From positions 66,216,001 through 66,280,000 of the forward strand of contig NC_043009.1 of NCBI RefSeq assembly GCF_006345805.1: a DNA stretch of 64,000 nucleotides, read 5' to 3'. Numbering within the stretch: position 1 is the first letter of the stretch; every line of letters starts with the position of its first letter. Shown in pieces: positions 55,362 to 64,000 of the stretch. Source of the stretch: Octopus sinensis. Taxonomy: Eukaryota. The translations under genes and the position numbers were made by a program. The notes below the pieces were generated by a model. The model did no database searches. It saw only the letters and a list, made by a program, of their open reading frames with translations, and was not told where the DNA came from.

Positions 55362-56169
55362 TAATCAACATAGCAGAAAATCAGTTGGTGCCAAATTCCC
55401 TCAGTTTGTATCATTTATTTTGATCCAAAAAAAAAAACGAAACAAAATGAATGTTAGTTGTCTTACAAAGGTACACCAGAGAGTCTGAGGTATGCAAATA
55501 GCAGAATAAGTTCGCAAAGTAGAATAGATTATTGTGTTTTTAATAAAAATAATAAAAAAAAGTGATTTATATTCTGGGTAGAACTTTCCATTAGTGAAAC
55601 AGATAAAATCTCTATCAATAAACGTCTCCCTCTCTCTCCCTCCCCCTCCCTCTCTCCCTCTCGCTCTCTCTCTCTCTCTCTCTCCCTCTGACAAACCTTT
55701 AGAGTTCTCTCGTACATTAAAGTAATTTATTCCCCTTGGCCAAGATTTTGTCGACTTTTGCGTGTGTGTAGGTGGACTTGTGCCGTTAAGAAATTCGAAT
55801 CGCACCGTTTGGTTGGAGATTTGAGTGTAATATACGAAACGCTGAAATAGGAATGTGTTCGATGAATTTGACCAATGGTTATACTATTGACCTTTCTGAA
55901 GGATAAAAGCCAAATTCGACCTCAGTCAGATTCGAAAACAAAGCGTGAAGGATCGCGTTGTGCAAGACAGTATAAACCAATTCTACAAAAGAAAATGACA
56001 GAAGGAAATGTTACGATTACGATATCCTCTAGAACCCTAAGAGATCTGAAGAATTTGGACGACTCTCTTGAACAGTTCTGTTACAATGGTTCGTTTGTAC
56101 TGGTTACAATAGTGTCAGTTCGTGTTCTTATACATAGCAAAATGTTTAACTTTTTACTATTTACGTTTT

Positions 56170-56345
56170 ATTTCTCTCAGTTAATGGTCTGCGGCCATGC
56201 TGGGGCATCGCTTTGAAGTATTTAATCGATCAAATCGATCCCGGTATATACTTTCAAGTGGTTTTTATTTTATCGGGTTCTTTTGTCAAAACACTTAGTT
56301 ACGGAGACGTCAACGAATCAACTCCAATTATCAAGTGGTGGGTGG
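56170..56345 (-). mobile_element. Old CORE-type SINE family B, 3' half
   Basis: Contains ctgcggccatgctggggcatcgc and cttagttacggagacgt. Confidence 0.7.
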
Positions 56346-56368
56346 TTCGATAAACCCGTATACAAGCA

Positions 56369-56399
<31 letters not shown>

Positions 56400-56466
56400 G
56401 CTCACACACACACACACACACATAAAGACAGATAAACTGATACATACACACACATATATTTATGTA

Positions 56467-57259
56467 CGGCCTGTATTCAAAAAGTATCTGATTATTTTTC
56501 CCGCCAAAACTAATGCTATGTCAGTTCCCTGCTGGTATACATTTAGTACACACGTGTAGTACGCGTCCGTCAGATTTTCGTTTTCACCGAACGCATCGAC
56601 CAGAGATATTGCTTCACATTTTATCAAAAGCTTGGCGATTTACAAGCTCAAAACTCTCAAAGGATTCAGTAGGCCTTTGGTGATGATGCCATGGGCAAAT
56701 TTCAAATCAAGGAGGGATAAAACCGCTTCAGACATGATACATCTTCAGTGGAGAGCGAGAAACAAAGAGCTGATTGAGGAAGTTCAGCGAATGATCATGG
56801 AAGACCGTCGTGTAATAATCCAGGTAATAACTCACGAAGTGGGAATAAGCACAGGGTCAGGGCATTCCGTTTTAACGGAGGATTCATGCATGCGGAGAGT
56901 GTTGGCGAACTTCGTCTCCAAAGTGCTAGCAGAGCAGCAGAAGCAGTTCCGTATGGAAATCGCGAGACATTATATTATGCAAACCACAACACAGACTCGA
57001 CGAGGACCGTCATCACGGCTTTATGGTATCTGCTCGATGCATTTCGTCACCTTGCGGGAAAACGAAGATCCAAAGAGCGCGCACTACACGTCTATACTCT
57101 AGGCGTAACAGCCGAGTACTTAAGCATGCGCAGAAAGGGCGGAGAATTTTCACGCATTCGCAGGAAGGGTGATGGCACCTTCCACCCAGAGAATTTTTCC
57201 CACGTGCCATTAGTTTTGGTGGTTAAAAATTAAATCGGATACTTCTTGAACGCACCTAG
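56467..57259 (+). mobile_element. Non-autonomous mariner with N-terminal transposase relic
   Basis: TA flanks and imperfect TIRs (gtattcaaaaagtatctgat / atcggatacttcttgaacgc). Translation gives DQRYCFTFYQKLG...AFGDDAMG...IEEVQRMIMEDRRVIIQVITHEVGISTGSGHSVLTEDSCMRRVLANFVSKVL. Confidence 0.88.
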
Positions 57260-57262
57260 TAC

Positions 57263-57335
<73 letters not shown>

Positions 57336-58123
57336 AGTCTATCTATATATTTATCTCTGTCTCTCTGCACCCCCCTCTCATTCTCTCTCTCTCTGTTTAT
57401 ATACGGCGAGATTCCAAACATTTTCCGCCTTCCAAATACACCCGGAAGGCATTAGTCAATCCGGGGCTACAGGCAAAAGTGGGGTAAGAACGGCAACAGG
57501 GTGGAACAGGTTGCGTTGTTGAAGCATTTTTCAGACATTAGTTACTTGAAGAAAGCAAAAATAGCTACAAATAAGCTATCAAAGCTTTTATCATCGATCT
57601 GATTTGGATTCGTGTCTGTAGATTACGCTCTGTGTATGTGTGTATGCGTGTGTGTGTGTGTGTTGGCATGTCAGTGATATGGTTTTACTATAATCGCTCT
57701 CTTCCAATCGATTAGCTGATTTTCAATAATAAGATTACCATTACATGCTCTAACAAGAGATTATCGCTACTCGGAGGAATTATCGCAATTAATTCTCGGT
57801 AGGAATTATTCTCAACCTAAAACCTCGCCAGATTTCTTCTAACACAGCACTGACCCACGCCAACCCGCTTTTGATGCTGCCGCAGGCAATACCTATTTTA
57901 AGTTACCACAACTTACGATTTTTCTCTGAATATCCGTGATGGCAAAATAAATTAATTTCATACTATCAGCTTAGGAGAATATCATAGAGGAAAAATCTCT
58001 GTAATGGCCAACGGAATAGAGGCAATCTACCCTTGTAGATTTAATAAAAGGATCACATTGAAATACTGAGAAAGGTACTGAATGTGACACGTACCTGAAG
58101 TTATTGACGCTAGTACCATCAAG

Positions 58124-58635
58124 ATATTCTTTTCTATTCCAAGTACAAGGCTCGAAATTTGGGGCTGAAGGCCAGTCGATTAGATCGACCCCAGTACGCA
58201 ACTTGTACCACTAAGATATTTATTTCTTTATTGCCCACAGGGGGCTAAACATAGAGGTGACAAACAAGGACAGACAACGGGATTAAGTCGATTGCATTGA
58301 TCCCAGTGTATAACTGGTACTTATTTAATTGACCCCGAAAGAATGACAGGCAAAGTCGACATTGGCGGAACTTGAACTCCGAACGTAACGGCAAATAAAA
58401 CACCTATTTCGTTACTACCCACAAGGGGTTAAACACAGAAGGGACAAACAAGGACAGAAAACGGATTAAGTCGATTATATGGACCCCAGTGCGTAACTGG
58501 TACTTATTTAATCGACCCCAAAAGGATGAAAGGCAAAGTCGACCTCGGCGGAATTTGAACTCAGAACATAGTGGCAAATGAAATACCGCTAAGCATTTCG
58601 CCCGGCGTGCTGACGATTCTGCCAGCTCGCCGCCC
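58124..58635 (-). mobile_element. SINE family A multimer (head + 2 A units + partial B tail)
   Basis: Unit boundaries at 58404/58405 and about 58221 (period about 184). B tail at 58124-58209. Confidence 0.9.
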
Positions 58636-59069
58636 TGTACCACCAAAATATTGACACTTCTACATATATCTCAATGTATAATATTGTATTTACGACTAGC
58701 GACATTGAAACCTACGAAACAGCCTCAACGTTGTCACCGAAACTATTAAGAATATCAGCTAACTGTCCTTCAAGTAACACTGATGTTTTAAAATACGAAA
58801 CGAAATACCGGATAATGTAGTTGTGGACTGTTCGCGATTGAAACAACGTCTGTCTAGGTTGTGGTTAAACAACACTATTATTATTATTATTTTGGTTTGG
58901 CTCAGGTTCGGTTTTATTCCTGGTAAGATTTATGTGGGTAGCGGGTAGGTCGCCCGGATCACATAAAACTGTTTGATTTTCTTTTTCGCACGCCTTTATG
59001 GGGCATAAATTTGAGAAGAAAACCTTCAAAATTTTTTTGAGAATATTCACCCCACCAAAAAAACCCCCA

Positions 59070-61690
59070 CAATGGCTGATTTTGCAAGTTCATTGTATGG
59101 AGAAGTGAGAGAAAAGTCTGGGAGAAAGTCGCAGCCCATTTCAGCATCTCTCGTTCACACCCTTCACGTGGAAGAGGAGAGGAACATTCTTCAAGTCCAA
59201 AGAACTGTCGCACTGCTGTTAGGGCAGACAGCAGTAGTAGTAACAACAACAAAAATATCATTCGCAACAGACACAGAAACGTCAGAAGCAATAAAACCGA
59301 AGAAGGAATGCGACACGTTGAAGGGGAGGAGAAAATATCAACGTTGAGTGCTCAAAGTTCAACGGATGTAGAAAATGACTACAACGGTTACAATTGCAGA
59401 GTTCGCAGCAGTAGCAGTGGCAACAACAACAACAACAATGACAGCATCAGTAACAACAACAAAAAACAATAGCAATAACAGGAACAACATAAATAAAGTT
59501 GACGAGAAACAAAATGATGAGAGAAACTCGACGGACAGGAAATCTTTTGCCGGGAATGGAAGCAAAATCAATGCAATTTGTCTCGCTGTCACTAAGTGAC
59601 AAAGACACAAGGCTGACAGGAGTAAAACAATTTGTAAGATGAATGGCAGGAGAGCATAAGTTGCTATTCCACTTGATATTTTCCCAGTAACTACCCGATA
59701 GACGGTCGCATATAGCTGTGTGCCAACTAAAACCTGATGCTTGGAACTGGCAATACATGTCCAGGTTGAAAAAGCCTTTAAAAAATCGATTTACATAGAT
59801 CATGTGACGAAGGTTAGAGAGTTGGGGAGCGTGGAAGGTCGTCTTCACGAGCGAAGCACTCGCGTTGAAGCACTCAATAGCTGCGGTACCTGATAGGTAT
59901 TTCAGCCTTGACCCAACCTATTTAGGGAGAAGGATTTGTCGCGTTAAGAAAGTAATAGTTCTACCTGAGTTGAACATCTGCTGGTTGCTAGCGTGTGTCA
60001 CTGTGGAGGGCAGTGAAGCGTCTTGAAATGAAGTGAACGGAAAGGGAGCCTTGGTTAGGGACCACCTTAGAGATACTCATCCAGATCAAATCGGAGAGGA
60101 GCTGCTTGTGTACTGCCCTCGAAAAAAAAAAAAAGCAAGAGGAGACCGTCGCTACTGCTGATAGCTCCATCCCAACAACGGTTGCAGTGTAAAGCAGATG
60201 CAACAATGGGAAGAACAACAACAGCATTAATATCAAAACTGACAAGGATAGCAACAGAACGAGCTACAACACAGACTGCAGAAATATTACTCTCCGTCCT
60301 TCGCACCCTTTTTGAAACACACACAAAATCATACCTTCTCTTCCATCCCATCCGCATCAGATCTTTCCGATGAGGAAATATCATTATGCGAGGAGGATGT
60401 AAAAAACCTATTAAATCAAAAAAATAAATAATAAATAAATAGAGGGAGATAGAGAGACGCTATAAAAAGACACCACATAATTGCAACAGTCACACCAAAC
60501 ATAAAAAGCACAAAAACTACTCCACAACCACCGCCAACAACAACAACAACAACAACTTCAACTAAAAGATTATACACAGAAGGTAAGCACCAGCAAACTG
60601 GCACAAAACACACCAAACGTTGTAGTAGTAAGAAGTATAAAAAAGGGGGAAAAACTGACTGTTTTTCATTGCAGAATACGGGAAGATCGAAATAGATGGA
60701 GAAATCTCCAGCTGCAACAGTTTCAAAGTGTCACAGAACTTGAAAATAATAAAGATAGATGTGGAGATATATCAAAAATTGAAGGAGGATTTTCCCAACG
60801 ACGTGGGAAGCTTGAAAGTAAGGAGCAGCAGAAGGATCTTCTTAAAGAACTTCTTAAAGGAAACCCCAAATCCCGCGGAGACCGAGTCACTCGAACTCCG
60901 GGATCACCATATAAGTATGTAACCTGATTCTTTTACCCTTTGCCTTATGTTCAACGTAGTAACCTCAAGATTGGGTAGCATAAATGTACATAACCTAGGA
61001 TCAGCCTAGAATCAGAGCAACCGACTCAATGATCTCGACCGAGGGACCTGAATACTGGAAATTGAATGCGTTTTTCCCGGAGCCCCAAGTTTACAGAGGC
61101 CGGATTGGAGAACTAATTAAGAGGGAGTTATCTGGTGAGATTATCAACAACCGATCATAGTTAACCATGTAAAGAGCTATTGGATTTGAATGGATAAGGT
61201 TTATTAAAGAAAGTGATAGATAATTTTAGACTAATTGATGAACTAGCTAATAACATAAGTGAGGCGTTTAGTAGAGGCATTGCGATTGTCATGCTGGTTA
61301 CGTGATGGCACTTAACCGATTCTTCAACGTTAAACTCAAAGGATGCGTTCTTAGGTCAGAGTTAGAACGCATATTCTAAGCCTTGAGGGAGTGAAAATCA
61401 TTCCAAGGGCCCAGGTGACAGAGGTGTAACGCAGCAACAAAGTCAAATTTCGGTCTTTGATGGATCAGGTGGAGTGCGTGCCACTCGATTTCAAGCAAAT
61501 TTGTGTGGCTTTTCAATGAAACTTTGCTCAACTGTTTAGGGCGAACGGTAGGCTGGAGAGAGGGGTGAACTTTACTGCCTATTTCGACATCCTGACGCTC
61601 TCGGATAAGGACGCAGAGTTTTGCAAAAAGAAATTTACAACCAAGAAGATCTGACAATTATCAGTTAAGATCATCAGAACTGTCGAGACG
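59070..61690 (+). mobile_element. Decayed, internally deleted L1/Tx1-type LINE (ORF1, APE start, EN-RT linker)
   Basis: ORF1-like relics (PTYLGRRICRVK; YCPRKKK followed by a Thr/Ala-rich stretch). An ORF2-like start MFNVVTSRLGSINVHNL resembles an APE N-terminus, and the linker relic QICVAFQ*NFAQLF...YFDILTLSDKDAEFCKKKFTTKKI follows. The 5' boundary is approximate. Confidence 0.6.
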
Positions 61691-62232
61691 ACCTATCAGA
61701 TCAAACCAAGGCGCACGTGATTGCAAAACGATCTTCTTAACCACGTGGTCCTGTCTCTGACACACTAACACGTGGTCATGTTTCTGGCAGCTAATGCTTA
61801 GGAGATGGATTATCGCAATAATCCCAGTATAGAGAGACAATCGAACTATCAGAGTAGAATATATATACTCTGCCTCTCTGAAGGAATTATCGATGTCAAT
61901 GTTTAGACGAGGAAATTATTACAACGAACTCTGATATCGTAAAATGTCTCTAATAGACCGTCTCAGTGAAACTCTCACATCTAAACATATATGGAGCGTG
62001 TGGTGAAATATTGGTAGATACATAGATATAGATAGATAGAAAGAAAGAGAGAAGCAGACAGACTGACAGACAGACAGACAAATAGATAGATAATATTTCG
62101 TATAGAACGTATTTGTTAATCTTTATTATAGCTAATCTTCTAAAGAGACATCATTGTAGTATAACACCAAAAAATTGATTCACTATACACTAAACTACAA
62201 AGACTGGAATATTCTATCTACTTTAAGCGTAA

Positions 62233-62323
62233 GATCGGCCCCAGTACGCAACTGGTACTTAATTTGTCGACCCCGAAAGGATGAAAGGCAAAGTCGACAT
62301 CGGCGGAATTTGAACTCAGAACG
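62233..62323 (-). mobile_element. SINE family A core fragment
   Basis: Near-consensus core on the minus strand. Confidence 0.85.
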
Positions 62324-62571
62324 AAGGAGAGACGAAATTCATATCATAGCTATATATCCCTGCTGGGTTTGCTGTTGAAGAACACCAAAACAACCTTGCA
62401 ATTAGGAGACATCTTGTGACCATAGAATTTTTAAATAAACCCTCGATTTAGGCACGACCAACCCATTTATTTCAGTGACCTCTACCAGTTTGCAAAGATA
62501 GGCTAAGGTCACGGAAACTGTTAATCAAGCTCTCGTTAATATTCTCCCACCTCTGTCTCTCTCTCTTTGTA

Positions 62572-62613
<42 letters not shown>

Positions 62614-62847
62614 GTGTGTGTGTTATTCTTTTATTTGTTTCAGCCATTTGACTGCGGCCATGCTGGAGCAACGCCTTTAGTCGAGCGAATCGACCCCTGG
62701 ATTTATTCGTTGTAAGCCTAGTACCTATTCTATCGGTCTCTTTTGCCGAGCCGCTAAGATACGGGGACGTAAACACACCAGCATCGGTTGTCAAGCGATG
62801 TTGGGGTGGGGGTGGGGCAAACACAGACACAAACACACTCATACACA

Positions 62848-62881
<34 letters not shown>

Positions 62882-62885
62882 CATA

Positions 62886-62930
<45 letters not shown>

Positions 62931-63016
62931 TATTCGAGACAAAACCACTATTTTGCAAAACAAACAAGGAAAGACTTAATCAATACATTAAATTTAATAA
63001 ATAGTCAAAAAAACCG

Positions 63017-63059
63017 CCACTACAATCGTTTCTTGTCTTGATCGACAATCTTCAGGTGG
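63017..63059 (-). ncRNA. Type I hammerhead ribozyme motif (mirror copy)
   Basis: Exact reverse complement of 63107-63149. Confidence 0.78.
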
Positions 63060-63106
63060 ACTTCCAATAATTCAGTGTCATAATTTGACACTGAATTATT
63101 GGAAGT

Positions 63107-63149
63107 CCACCTGAAGATTGTCGATCAAGACAAGAAACGATTGTAGTGG
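63107..63149 (+). ncRNA. Type I hammerhead ribozyme motif
   Basis: ccac-CTGAAGA(63111-63117)-ttgtc-gatcaa-gacaa-GAAAC(63134-63138)-gatt-GTA(63143-63145)-gtgg. Stem I has 4 bp, stem II 5 bp and stem III 2 bp; predicted cleavage is after 63145. Confidence 0.78.
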
Positions 63150-63321
63150 CGGTTTTTTTGACTATTTATTAAATTTAATGTATTGATTAAGTCTTTCCTT
63201 GTTTGTTTTGCAAAATAGTGGTTTTGTCTCGAATAATATTTTATAATATTTTACTATAAAATCGATTTAATCCTAAATCTGATTTTTTCCCTGTAAATTT
63301 GGATTTATTCCCTAATATTTA

Positions 63322-63367
<46 letters not shown>

Positions 63368-64000
63368 GACGGGCTTCTTTCAGTTTCCGATCGGTGGATC
63401 TCACATTTACACACACACACACGCAAACACATGCACAAACACATGCACACACACACATACACACGTGCTTTCCCTTTCCCTTTCATACTTTCTTCTATTA
63501 TCTAAGTCTTATCTCTCTCCTTTTCGTCTTTTTCTTTCACCCTATCTCTGGCCGCCTCTCTCTTTCTCCCACTTTTCCCCCCTCTCTCTCTCTCCCTATC
63601 TCTGTCCCCTTCCTCCTTACTCATCATTGTCTATATGAATAATTCCACCACCACTCCTGCACACACACTCACACACACACACACGGGCGCGCCCACACCT
63701 ACACCCACCCATATACACCGTAGCCATTTGTCCAGATGACAACATGGTGACGACATTTTCGGGAGTGTCAACTTAAATTCTGACATTTATGAATTAATGG
63801 AGGAATATTTCTCTTGTATGTAGGACGGCGAACGTGTACGTGCATCTGTGTGGAACTATATATGTGTAGATTCGTCTATTATGTAGATATATACACACAT
63901 ACAGTCATACACACATACACGCACACGTACATATATACACATACATATATATGTACACACACATATATATATGTATATATATATGCACATATATATGTGT

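Larger units (their letters stand above)
62921..63327. mobile_element. Fold-back element with perfect 160-bp inverted arms and paired hammerheads; probable PLE terminal insertion
   Basis: 62921-63080 is the exact reverse complement of 63086-63245 (160/160), with loop taatt. The right arm extends to about 63327, and (TA)n lies on both sides. Confidence 0.85.
62624..63389 (-). mobile_element. CORE-type SINE family B, interrupted in its internal microsatellite
   Basis: The 3' half lies at 62624-62835. The family sequence resumes as acgacgggcttctttcagtttccg at 63366-63389 after the insertion. Confidence 0.85.

Noticed and set aside
58025-58045. Resemblance to miR-10 (tacccttgtagat), and gaagctcgt at 16633 to miR-993
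   Set aside because: The matches are short, with an indel or divergence, and there is no precursor hairpin.
60675-60914. Calling this segment a host gene CDS
   Set aside because: It lies between ORF1-like relics and an APE-like ORF2 start of an L1/Tx1-type element, so a retroelement origin is more parsimonious. It is kept only as an exonisation candidate.

Overview
Eukaryotic, AT-rich, microsatellite-saturated DNA. The SINE families and composition are consistent with a coleoid cephalopod (Octopus-like) intron or intergenic region; the taxon is inferred, not verified. I found no supportable host protein-coding exon, rRNA, tRNA gene or CRISPR array, and nearly all ORF-track entries are translations of simple repeats. 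The window is a mosaic of tRNA-derived SINEs (a CORE-type family with an internal microsatellite, and a second family forming head-(unit)n-tail multimers), decayed LINEs (R4/Dong-type restriction-like endonuclease fragments abutting (AAT)n arrays, an RTE 3' end, an internally deleted L1/Tx1-type copy), two non-autonomous mariners, a DD37D/maT-like fragment and a clean non-autonomous Helitron. The most striking structure is a set of short (about 150-530 bp), ORF-less modules from several different sequence families. They carry type I hammerhead ribozyme motifs (CTGA[T/A]GA-stem II-GAAA-short stem III-cleavage triplet-stem I), sit in or beside (TA)n tracts, and repeatedly occur as head-to-head fold-backs whose turn-around point lies just upstream of the ribozyme (241-528; 62921-63327 with perfect 160-bp arms; 25530-26064; 22510-22830). 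A Penelope-type GIY-YIG endonuclease relic (52712-52830) points to Penelope-like retroelements as the likely mobilising machinery. All alignments and folds were done by eye.
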